Positions 13,268 through 23,984 of a stretch of 64,000 nucleotides of DNA are shown here, piece after piece. The position numbers were made by a program, and so were the translations under genes. The stretch covers positions 1,100,752 through 1,164,751 of the forward strand of contig NW_027192196.1 of NCBI RefSeq assembly GCF_041956535.1. The letters run 5' to 3'. The stretch is from Calcarisporiella thermophila CBS 279.70. Lineage: Eukaryota > Fungi > Calcarisporiellomycota. How positions within the stretch are numbered: the stretch's first letter is position 1; each line of letters begins with the position of its first letter. The notes beneath the pieces were generated by a model, which was not told where the DNA came from, ran no database searches, and saw only the letters and a list, made by a program, of their open reading frames with translations.

Positions 13268-15614
13268 ATGGGCCATTTGATAACGGTTGCATCTTGTGTT
13301 CTTAATCAATGGGCCCTAGATTTCGAGGGCAATCTCCAGCGCATCATTGCAAGCATCCGTGAGGCCAAACGCCGTGGGGCACGTTTAAGGGTTGGCCCGG
13401 AATTGGAGGTGACGGGGTATGGATGCTATGATCATTTTTTAGAGGGCGACACGTACCTGCATTCGTGGGAGATGTTGGCCAATATTCTAAATGATGAAGA
13501 ATGTAATGACATTCTTTTGGATATCGGGATGTAAGTTATATATTGGTTAATGTCACCCTCTCAAAGATTGGTCATTGTATTAAACTTTGTTTGTGGATAT
13601 CTTTATTTTTGGGTTTTTGCAGGCCTATCATGCACAAAAATGTCAAGTATAATTGCCGCGTTCTTATCCTCAATCGCAAGATTCTTCTAATTCGGCCCAA
13701 GATGTTCCTGGCCAACGACGGAAACTACCGCGAACTACGCTGGTTCACTCCGTGGTGTAAACCTCGCACTGTTGAAGAATACTACCTGCCAAGAATGATT
13801 CGCGATATTACCGGTCAGGTGGGTGATACATGCTTGTGCTTTCGGTAGTAGATCTTTGGGCTCGATTTCTTAATATATTTGAATTTACTGCCAGGCAACA
13901 GTTCCTTTTGGTGACGCGATTATATCTGCGAAAGATACGGTTATTGGAGTAGAGCTTTGCGAAGAGCTGTTTACACCTAACAGCCCTCACATTGGAATGG
14001 GCCTTGATGGGGTAGAAATTTTTACCAATAGTAGCGGCAGTCATCACGAGTTGCGCAAACTCAATAGGCGCATTGATCTGATAAAAGACGCGACGCAGAA
14101 GGTGGGCTCATACTTAGGAGATAGTCATACTAGAAATCAACTTGAATACCCTCTATTGCATGTAGGTTGGTGGCGTGTACTTATATGCAAATCAGCAAGG
14201 ATGCGATGGGGACCGACTTTACTATGATGGGTGTGCCCTAGTTGCGGTCAATGGTCAAATAGTAGCGCAAGGATCGCAATTCTCTCTACAAGATGTCGAG
14301 GTGGCTACAGCCACGATTGACATAGAAGATGTACGATCTTATCGTGGTGCGATGACTAGTCGCTGCATTCAAGCTGCACAAACACCAGCATACCCTCGTA
14401 TCAGTATAGACTTCGCACTTTCAAGCGCTGCGCTTGACTCGCAAATCCACGTACGCCCTGATAAACCTCGGGCTGCATTTTACCACACCCCTGAAGAAGA
14501 AATTGCACTAGGTCCTGCGTGTTGGCTTTGGGACTATCTGAGAAGAAGTAAAACTGCGGGATTCTTCCTGCCACTCAGCGGTGGGATCGATTCATGTGCA
14601 ACAGCAACCATCGTGTGCTCTATGACAAGGCTGGTCGCTGAGGCTGCAAAGCAGGGAAATCAACAGATCATTCGCGATGCGCGTCGCATAGTAGGTGAAA
14701 AAGAAGACTCAGACTATCTCCCCACGGACCCAAGGGAGTTTGCGGGTCGAATATTCCACACTTGTTACATGGGCACCGAGAATTCGAGCCGCGAGACGAG
14801 GGACCGCGCTAAGCGACTGGCCGATGCTATCGGGAGCCATCATACAGATCTGAACATGGACACTGCAGTACGCGCAGTTCATACTGTCTTCTCACTGGCC
14901 ACTGGCAAAACGCCGCGCTTCCGCGTGCACGGGGGAACTAATGCGGAAAACTTGGCGATGCAAAACGTGCAGGCTCGGCTACGCATGGTCCTTGCCTACC
15001 TCTTTGCGCAGTTACTTCCGTGGGTGCGCGGACGAGCGGGGGGTCTGCTGGTGCTTGGAAGTGCCAATGTGGACGAAAGTTTAAGAGGTTATTTGACCAA
15101 ATACGACTGCTCCAGTGCCGACATCAACCCCATTGGTGCGATTAGCAAGGCGGATCTACGCCGATTTATCGCCTATGCGCATCAAAAATTTGATATCGCG
15201 GTGCTCGAGGAGTTCTTGAGTGCAACACCGACCGCTGAGCTCGAGCCTATCACTCAAAACTACGTTCAATCTGATGAGGCGGATATGGGAATGACTTACG
15301 ACGAGCTTTCCATCTTTGGCCGACTTCGCAAGGTGGAGCGCTGTGGCCCTTTCGCGATGTTCTCACGGCTCGTCCACGAATGGGGTGACCATCTTCGGCC
15401 TGCGCAAGTGGCCGAGAAAGTCAAACGATTCTTCTACTATTATGCCATCAATCGTCATAAATTGACGACATTAACCCCGAGCTACCATGCAGAGTCCTAC
15501 AGCCCCGACGATAATCGATTCGACCTGCGACCTTTCTTGTATAACGCCGCATTCAATTGGCAGTTCCGGAGGATCGATGCCGCAGCAGAGGCACTGGAAA
15601 AGGTGAACAAATGA
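13268..15614 (+). CDS. QNS1: Glutamine-dependent NAD+ synthetase (4 exons)
   Basis: [91 protein letters not shown]. Confidence 0.97.
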
Positions 15615-16381
15615 AGTCGAATCAAGAGAATGGATTATTTGTGAATTGTTGTTGTGTAAAATTTCGAGAATAAATTATCTTATTGAACGAAAAGTGTGGG
15701 GCGACTTAAAACGTAGAGAAATCTTTGCTCCTTTTAATTTTTACAACGTTAACTAACTCAATAACCAATATGTATGAAGATTTAGGACAAAAGCACCCCA
15801 GAACTGAATAAATTTGTTTCATAGAATCTCCTAAAGTATATAATAGTGCACCGTTTGAAATATCAGGAGTTTTTATTTATGATTTTGGCATTATTATTTT
15901 GATATAGCTAATATAGTTGCTTACACTAGATCAGGCCAACCCCCGCTCAGCATTCAACTCAACAATTGCATATTTGAACAAATTGTGAATCAGAGGCTCG
16001 TAAACATATTTGGGGGCGTTTTGTAGGATATAGGGTCCCTTAGCAGTCTATTTGTCGTAGGTGTTAGACATTTTCTACTAACCATAAAGGCCTTCTGCTA
16101 TTAATGTTCATAAATGCAGAATTTAAGGTCGAGTTTAATGCTAGTTTACCATAATAAAAAATAATAGAAATATAGAAATATTTTATCACCCAGAAGGAGA
16201 GATCAGCAGATTATTGAAAAGTAAATTATCGAGACATTAAAAAGTATTATATTACAACGATATAGAATAAGTGGCAATCGAATCTGACTGCGAGAAGTGG
16301 CAAGAAAAAGCCGACCGATGAGCCATGATGAATTTAATTTAAACTTTTTAGCCTTCAGGTCTCCATGTCTCCATGTCTCCT

Positions 16382-17956
16382 CTAGTTGGTATGCGTCTGT
16401 TTCGGCTTATCGGCAAAAGCCTTGCTAGGTTCAGCTTTTCTATCTCCAGTCTCAGCTGGTTTCCAAGTGTCCCTCGTCTGATCTGGCTTATCGGTGGATT
16501 TCGGCATTGCTTGGGAAACAGTTGGTTTTACAGTAGCATGTGGAGTTTCTACTGATTTTGAAGAGGTAGACTTTTCAGTATATTTGACCTCCTCAGTGGA
16601 GCTAGGAATCTGGGAGGACTTGGGACGAAGAAACGAGTTGATACCCTGAGCATCTATATCAGATACGTCCAATTCCATACGAACATTCTTTTGCTTATAT
16701 GGGATATTGAAAACATAATTGCCAATCTGGGCGGTAATTACCGAATCAATATCCACATCTATACCACTAGGATAGTTGTTTAAGATATCTATTAATGTCT
16801 CTTCGCTGGCGGTTATTATTGTAGCCAGCTTGTTGAAGGCTTTCTCCTGCCTTTGAGGGACGAGAAAGTTGGAGCTATGATCGATTTCTAGGAGAGGGTT
16901 GTTCTTAAACTGAAGTTTTGCCTTAACGTGTGAAACGATAATATCGGTGTCGAGAGGGTTGAAGAGCGAAAAAGTACTATTAGTTTTCCTATAGACAACG
17001 GCATCTAAGCTAAAAACACAACGGGAGCTCCTAATCATTTCATCTTTCACACCCACCACGGTGGCAGGTACTTTGAGAGAAGCAAACGACGGCTTAATGG
17101 ATTCAATAGGGGTCGACTCGCTAGTTCCGACTACGGCCACATTTGAGTTCTGACCCGCAAGGAACGCTTCGAGTACTTCGACTCCAGCTCCATCTCCATT
17201 GGGGTTAATAGCGAGTCGTCCAGAGACAGGATTGGCTCCACGTTTAATGCTAAGATCCTTGAGTGCAAGGCTGCCAATCTTCTTATCCTGATATTGTACA
17301 TCGAACGAAACATCACCAGCATGGATGGCAATATCTGAGGGGTTCTGGAGGGTGGAGGTCACATCAACTTGGATGCCATCCTTAGTGCCACCAACGACCT
17401 TAAACTGTTCGAACTTGAGAGGCACAGATGTCAGCCCATTCATTCCCTTGAGATTCACGTCGTTTCCGAATGGAACCCCCTTAAAGGCTTGTTCGCCAGT
17501 AGAAGTCTTAGTAACAACATCAGAGGTGCCGTGCAAGTTGATGGTAGCCTGCGCCTGTGTAGTGAGGGTCTTGAGCAGTTCTTGGATTTGAGCATGTTTG
17601 TCTGCTGCTTCTTGCAGTGGAAGATCGGCGAACTTGAAAGTAAGCTGACCATTGCCAGAGCTTGCTGGAGCACCCTCAGGGATGGAGAGGGTTGCAATGT
17701 CGTCATTTCCGTACTTGATGATAGCATTTGACAAATACTTCAGAATTGTAGCATCCCCATCGGTGGTGTATTTCACAGTAAGAGAGTCGGAAGTAGAGAG
17801 AGGAGAGTAAGGATCACCTTTTGTGAAGTCGAGGTCGATGGATTTGAGCTCAACGCCATTGATGGTGAATCCATCGGCAGGCTTCTCAACGGGAGCACCC
17901 CGGCAGGTTGCCACAAGAGCCAAGGCGATGGCAATAGAAGGGATCGAAAGCTTCAT
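16382..17956 (-). CDS. Secreted DUF3712/Tag1-like protein, paralog 1 (524 aa, intronless)
   Basis: Signal peptide MKLSIPSIAIALALVATCRG; beta-rich repeats with LKGMNGL, LQNPSDI and FNPL motifs collinear with the large protein at 26340-31233; S/T/P/K-rich tail. Confidence 0.8.
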   Translation of the reverse strand: MKLSIPSIAIALALVATCRGAPVEKPADGFTINGVELKSIDLDFTKGDPYSPLSTSDSLTVKYTTDGDATILKYLSNAIIKYGNDDIATLSIPEGAPASSGNGQLTFKFADLPLQEAADKHAQIQELLKTLTTQAQATINLHGTSDVVTKTSTGEQAFKGVPFGNDVNLKGMNGLTSVPLKFEQFKVVGGTKDGIQVDVTSTLQNPSDIAIHAGDVSFDVQYQDKKIGSLALKDLSIKRGANPVSGRLAINPNGDGAGVEVLEAFLAGQNSNVAVVGTSESTPIESIKPSFASLKVPATVVGVKDEMIRSSRCVFSLDAVVYRKTNSTFSLFNPLDTDIIVSHVKAKLQFKNNPLLEIDHSSNFLVPQRQEKAFNKLATIITASEETLIDILNNYPSGIDVDIDSVITAQIGNYVFNIPYKQKNVRMELDVSDIDAQGINSFLRPKSSQIPSSTEEVKYTEKSTSSKSVETPHATVKPTVSQAMPKSTDKPDQTRDTWKPAETGDRKAEPSKAFADKPKQTHTN

Positions 17957-18097
17957 TGTAGGGTGTCAATGATAGTGAGAAAGAGCAAAACTATATAAGG
18001 AATGGAGATAATAATAATGAGAAAGGAGAAAAGGAATCTAAAAATTAAATAAAGAGTAGAAAAAACAATAAGAGAGTCAATATATAATATAAAAGAA

Positions 18098-18710
18098 GAG
18101 CTCTGCGTATCTCCTTTTATATTATTTTCCCTTCACTTCCCTACCATCAGAGTTCATTCGTACTTCCGGGGCTACCCCAGAATTGTTGTGGAACTGCGTT
18201 GGTTGGTAGCCATGTGTAGAGGACATATTTCACCGCTGCTTCTAACTAAATATTAAAGTTATATCGTGTATCATGGAGTTGGAATAAGCCGAGCATCCTC
18301 GGATGTGAAAGTTGCACTGGAGCAGCAACTCAAAGCTACACGAACAAGCAATTCCACCGGATTAATAGTATAGTAAACGGTGACGAGAGCAGACAAATAA
18401 GATCTGAGACTACTCCTCATTTCATATTAGCATAGCGTTGCTGAATGCATGACAGTGTTACCCATCATCCCACTGATCTAGATTTCTAAGTCAAGGTCGA
18501 ACTCTTTAGATAACCTTGGCCAAGTTCATAGCTTCACTCCGGTTTGGTAGGCAAAGGTGGAGTGAATTAAACTTTCTCATTGAATATTCGCCCGTGTTAT
18601 CATAGTTTATCCTCGCACTATCATGTCTTCCGGGTTCTTGTGCAGTATTCAGAGTTGAAGTTCAATGTATGCTTAGAATAAAGATTAACCTACTTCGAAC
18701 CATATATGCA
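18098..18710. repeat. Upstream region of paralog 1, a diverged direct copy of 20621-21240
   Basis: Collinear similarity with identical blocks such as CAAGCAATTCCACCGGATTAATA (18345-18367 and 20889-20911), TTGGAATAAGC and CATCCTCGGAT. Confidence 0.8.
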
Positions 18711-19268
18711 ATCTATTTTATTGAAGATACACCCATATGATTGAATGCCATAATGCGTGATTGAGGGTTTAGAGTAATTTTATAAATTTAAAAAAATTTG
18801 CGACAAGTTCCATTTTTGTCAAAAAAAAAAAGCAAGTTACTTGAGGGACTTCACTTCCTAGGCACCCATATTATGAAGAGAAGAAATTTTTAGTGTCCCG
18901 AAGCCATGGCCCCAATGACTACATTATAAAATTGAATAGTACGAAAAAATGTTTGAGATATTCTACAATCCAGTACATTTTCTACTTAATTCCTTAAACT
19001 CAATGACGGTTATTCAGACTCAACAGTATTGCTTTTTCTCTATTATCGTTTTTATTTGGTTTAAATTTAACAGTGAAGAATTCATCAGATTAAGAGGTGG
19101 ATTGGTAGCTATTGGTCAAAATATTGTTCATATAAATAGAAGAAGGTATATTATAATAGTTAAAATGAATGGCAATACAAGAAGCTAAAGGTAGAGTGTA
19201 GTCAGACAGATAAAGGAGCGCTATAACAAGATAACTTTGGATCGGCTTTCAAGTATCCATCTCATCTA

Positions 19269-20109
19269 TTAAATGTTAAATGTCTGCTTTGGCTCTTCAA
19301 CGATTGATGTGGTAGGATTAGGCTTCTTGTTTTCAGTCTCGACAAACTTCACTGTACTCTTTGTCTGATTCTTGGTCTCAACAGGATTTTCAGTGGATTT
19401 TGAGTTCTCCTGGGAAACAGATGGCTTTTTAGTGGTGTGTGAAGTTTCCACTGACATTGAAGGGGTGGGACTATCAATTGATTTGGATATCTCAGTGGAG
19501 CTGGGAAATTGAGAAGAGTTGGAGGGAAGAAGCCCCTTCATTCCTTGGGCTTTTAGTTTTAAGTCAAACTCGATGGACACATTATTCTGCTTGTACGGGA
19601 TATTGACAACATAATCGCCAACTTTGATGGTAATAACTGAATCGATATCAAATCTATATGAATAATCGAAATTTTTAAGAAAATCTCCGAGGTTCTCATC
19701 GCTGGCAGTAATTGTGCTAGCAAGCTCGTTAATAATTTTCTCCTGTCCATGGGGAATGAGAATGTTGGTGTCTTGGTTGACCTCGAGGAAAGGGTTATTC
19801 TTAAATGCGATATTTATCTTCAAGTGTGTCACCGTAATATCGGTATCAAGAGGGTTAAAAAGCGAATAAGTAGTCTTGGTTTTCTTATATGCTATGGCAT
19901 TTATGCTCAAATCACATCGAGGGTTCCGGATCAACTTATCTTTAACACCCGTCACCGTGGCAATTGCCTGGAGTGAAGTAAACGATGGTTTAAGTGATTC
20001 AATGGGGGTCGATTCGCTAGTTCCGACTACGGCTACGCTTGAAGTCTGGCCTCCGAAGTACGCCTCGAGTATTTCGGCTCCAGCTGAGGCTCCATCTCCA
20101 CTTGGGCTG
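19269..20109 (-). CDS. Secreted DUF3712/Tag1-like protein, paralog 2 (3' half; 5' half lies in the gap)
   Basis: Open from the gap edge (SPSGDGASAGAEILEAYFGGQTSSVAVVGTSESTPIESLKPSF..GVKDKLIR) and aligns with the C-half of paralog 1. Confidence 0.8.
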
Positions 20110-20620
20110 NNNNNNNNNNNNNNNNNNNNNNNNNNNNNNNNNNNNNNNNNNNNNNNNNNNNNNNNNNNNNNNNNNNNNNNNNNNNNNNNNNNNNNNNNNN
20201 NNNNNNNNNNNNNNNNNNNNNNNNNNNNNNNNNNNNNNNNNNNNNNNNNNNNNNNNNNNNNNNNNNNNNNNNNNNNNNNNNNNNNNNNNNNNNNNNNNNN
20301 NNNNNNNNNNNNNNNNNNNNNNNNNNNNNNNNNNNNNNNNNNNNNNNNNNNNNNNNNNNNNNNNNNNNNNNNNNNNNNNNNNNNNNNNNNNNNNNNNNNN
20401 NNNNNNNNNNNNNNNNNNNNNNNNNNNNNNNNNNNNNNNNNNNNNNNNNNNNNNNNNNNNNNNNNNNNNNNNNNNNNNNNNNNNNNNNNNNNNNNNNNNN
20501 NNNNNNNNNNNNNNNNNNNNNNNNNNNNNNNNNNNNNNNNNNNNNNNNNNNNNNNNNNNNNNNNNNNNNNNNNNNNNNNNNNNNNNNNNNNNNNNNNNNN
20601 NNNNNNNNNNNNNNNNNNNN

Positions 20621-20785
20621 GAACTCTGTGCGTCTCCTTTTATAAATATTTATCCTCGCTTTTCTGGAATGATCAGAGTTTATTTGTATTTCGGTGGTCA
20701 CCCCAGATTATGGTGGAACGGCGCTTGTAGGCTGCACGATGTGAAGGACCTATTTCGTCGCTACCCCTCCATCTTGGAAACGGCT
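20621..20785. repeat. Left arm of a perfect inverted repeat (at least 165 bp, runs into the gap)
   Basis: Exact reverse complement of 21406-21570. Confidence 0.95.
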
Positions 20786-21405
20786 AAACTTCTATGATAA
20801 ATAGTGTTGTGTGCCACGGATTTTGGAATAAGCGGAACATCCTCGGATTTGATTGTCGTACTGAAATTTTAAATCTAAACTGCGTAAGCAAGCAATTCCA
20901 CCGGATTAATATGAAGAGTAAAGTAAATCAAAAACTCCAGCTATAGCTTTGCTCCTCCTTTCCCTTGCAGTCTAACATGATAGAATGCTTGACAGCGTTA
21001 CCTATCTTATTGAGCCATAATTTAAGTCTGGACTTAACTCTTCAAATAAATTGATCAAGGCCTTATTTCTCTACAGCTTGGTAAACTTAGATGAAAGAGT
21101 GTAGATTGATATGAACTTTTTCATTAAATTTTCCTCTTGTTACCTGTTACCACCTAAGTATCACATCTTTTGAATTCTTGTGCAATAATCAGAATTGAAG
21201 CTGAATATTTGCTTAGAACTATGATAACAACGCTACAATATATATATACGAACTATATTGAAGATATAACCATGTGAAAGAATAACGCAATCCATAAAAG
21301 CGGGTTTGAACAGATGTAGATGTTTGCCGCATAACTGTTTTTCACAATATATTGAAGATATATAGTATTTAAGATCAAAAATATAGAAGAAAGGAAGAGA
21401 GTGTG

Positions 21406-21570
21406 AGCCGTTTCCAAGATGGAGGGGTAGCGACGAAATAGGTCCTTCACATCGTGCAGCCTACAAGCGCCGTTCCACCATAATCTGGGGTGACCACCGA
21501 AATACAAATAAACTCTGATCATTCCAGAAAAGCGAGGATAAATATTTATAAAAGGAGACGCACAGAGTTC
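21406..21570. repeat. Right arm of the perfect inverted repeat (proximal promoter of paralog 3)
   Basis: Exact reverse complement of 20621-20785; contains TATAAAAG at 21547-21554. Confidence 0.95.
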
Positions 21571-21708
21571 TTTTTTTTTTTATTCGACTCTTTGATCGTT
21601 TTTCTTCTCTTTATTTTACTTTCGATTCTGTTTCTCCTTTCTCATTTTTATTATTCCCATTCCTTTTATAGCTCTGCTCCTGTCTCTGATTATCATTGAT
21701 AGCCTATA

Positions 21709-23984
21709 ATGAAATTCTCGCTCCCCTCTATTGCCATCGCATTGGTTCTTGTGGCGACCTGCCGGGGTGCTCCCGTTGAGAAACGCGCCGAAGGGTTTAC
21801 TATCAATGGTGTTGAGCTCAAGTCCATCGATCTCGACTTCACAAAAGGTGACCCTTACTCTCCTCTCTCCGCTTCCGACACCCTTACTGTGAAATACACC
21901 GCCGATGGGGATGCTGCCGTTCTGAAGTACTTGTCAAATGCTATCATCAAGTATGGAAATGACGACATTGCAACCCTCTCCATCCCTGAGGGTGCTCCAG
22001 CAAGCTCCGGCAATGGTCAGCTTACCTTCAAGTTTGCCGACCTTCCACTGCAAGGAGCAGCAGACAAACATGCTCAAATCCAAGAACTACTCAAGACCCT
22101 CACTACTCAAAATCAGGCTACCATCAACTTGCACGGCACCTCTGATGTTGTTGCTAAGACTTCTGCTGGCGAACAAGCCTTTAAGGGAGTTCCATTCGGA
22201 AACGATGTGACTCTCAAGGGAATGGGTGGGCTGGCGTCTGCGCCTCTCAAGTTCGAACAGTTTAAGGTCGTTGGTGGCACTAAGGATGGCATCCAAGTCG
22301 ATGTGACCTCCACCCTCCAGAACCCCTCAGATATTGCCATCCATGCTGGTGATGTTTCGTTTGATGTACAATATCAGGATAAGAAGATAGGCAGCCTTGC
22401 ACTCAAGGATCTTAACATTAAACGTGGAGCCAATCCCGTTTCTGGACGACTCATTATNNNNNNNNNNNNNNNNNNNNNNNNNNNNNNNNNNNNNNNNNNN
22501 NNNNNNNNNNNNNNNNNNNNNNNNNNNNNNNNNNNNNNNNNNNNNNNNNNNNNNNNNNNNNNNNNNNNNNNNNNNNNNNNNNNNNNNNNNNNNNNNNNNN
22601 NNNNNNNNNNNNNNNNNNNNNNNNNNNNNNNNNNNNNNNNNNNNNNNNNNNNNNNNNNNNNNNNNNNNNNNNNNNNNNNNNNNNNNNNNNNNNNNNNNNN
22701 NNNNNNNNNNNNNNNNNNNNNNNNNNNNNNNNNNNNNNNNNNNNNNNNNNNNNNNNNNNNNNNNNNNNNNNNNNNNNNNNNNNNNNNNNNNNNNNNNNNN
22801 NNNNNNNNNNNNNNNNNNNNNNNNNNNNNNNNNNNNNNNNNNNNNNNNNNNNNNNNNNNNNNNNNNNNNNNNNNNNNNNNNNNNNNNNNNNNNNNNNNNN
22901 NNNNNNNNNNNNNNNNNNNNNNNNNNNNNNNNNNNNNNNNNNNNNNNNNNNNNNNNNNNNNNNNNNNNNNNNNNNNNNNNNNNNNNNNNNNNNNNNNNNN
23001 NNNNNNNNNNNNNNNNNNNNNNNNNNNNNNNNNNNNNNNNNNNNNNNNNNNNNNNNNNNNNNNNNNNNNNNNNNNNNNNNNNNNNNNNNNNNNNNNNNNN
23101 NNNNNNNNNNNNNNNNNNNNNNNNNNNNNNNNNNNNNNNNNNNNAACCCCAGCGAGAATGGAGCCGGAGTCGAAGTACTCGAGGCATTCCTTGAGGGTCA
23201 AGACTCAAATGTGGCCATAATTGGAACTAGTGGGTCGACCCCCATTGATTCACTTAAGCCGTCGTTTGCTTCTCTCAAAGTACTTGCTAACGTGGCGGGC
23301 GTGAAAGATAAATTGATCCGAGGATCGAGATGGGGAGTGAATATAATTGATGTCATACTTCACAAAAAGTCCTCTTGGAATTTTGCAATTTTCAACCCTC
23401 TCGGCATTGATATCACTATCAATCACATAAAATCTACTATCTCGCACAAGGGTATAAAATTGGGTGAGATCGATCAAGATACTAACATGATTGTTCCTCA
23501 AAGCCAAGATAAAGTCACCGAAATGCTTGCTCTTAAATGTACTGCCACAGATGAGGAATATGTTGATATTTTTAGGGACCCTTCTGACCCATTCAATGTC
23601 GATATCGATTCGGATTTCACAATCAAGATTGGTGCTTATGTTGTCACCATTCCACACAGGCAAAAGAATGTGTTTACTGAACTATTTGTACCCGACCTCA
23701 AAGCACAAGGGATAAATTCACTTCTTCCTGTCAAGTCCTCCAAAATGCCAAGCTCGATTATTGCATCCATGTCAACCGAAATGCTCACTCCCTCAAAATC
23801 AGTGGAGATTCCGCATATCACCACAAAACCATCTATTTCCTATGAAAACCCAAAATCCACTGGATACCCTGCTGAGACAAAAAATCAGACAAAGAGTACC
23901 ACGAAACTAGCCGAGACTGAGGATGGGAAGCCTAACCCTACCAAATCAATCGTCGAAGTGCCAAAGGAAATACACGACATTTGA
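21709..23984 (+). CDS. Secreted DUF3712/Tag1-like protein, paralog 3 (interrupted by an N-gap that is probably ~1 bp in reality)
   Basis: Signal peptide followed by APVEKR; N-half nearly identical to paralog 1; gap flanks ..GRLI / NPSENGAGVEVL are directly contiguous in paralog 1 (GRLAINPNGDGAGVEVL). Confidence 0.82.

Noticed and set aside
16359-16380. Tandem GTCTCCAT repeat at the end of paralog 1
   Set aside because: Simple slippage repeat with under three units.
19876-23220. Long ORFs running through X stretches
   Set aside because: Artefacts of N-gaps lacking stop codons.
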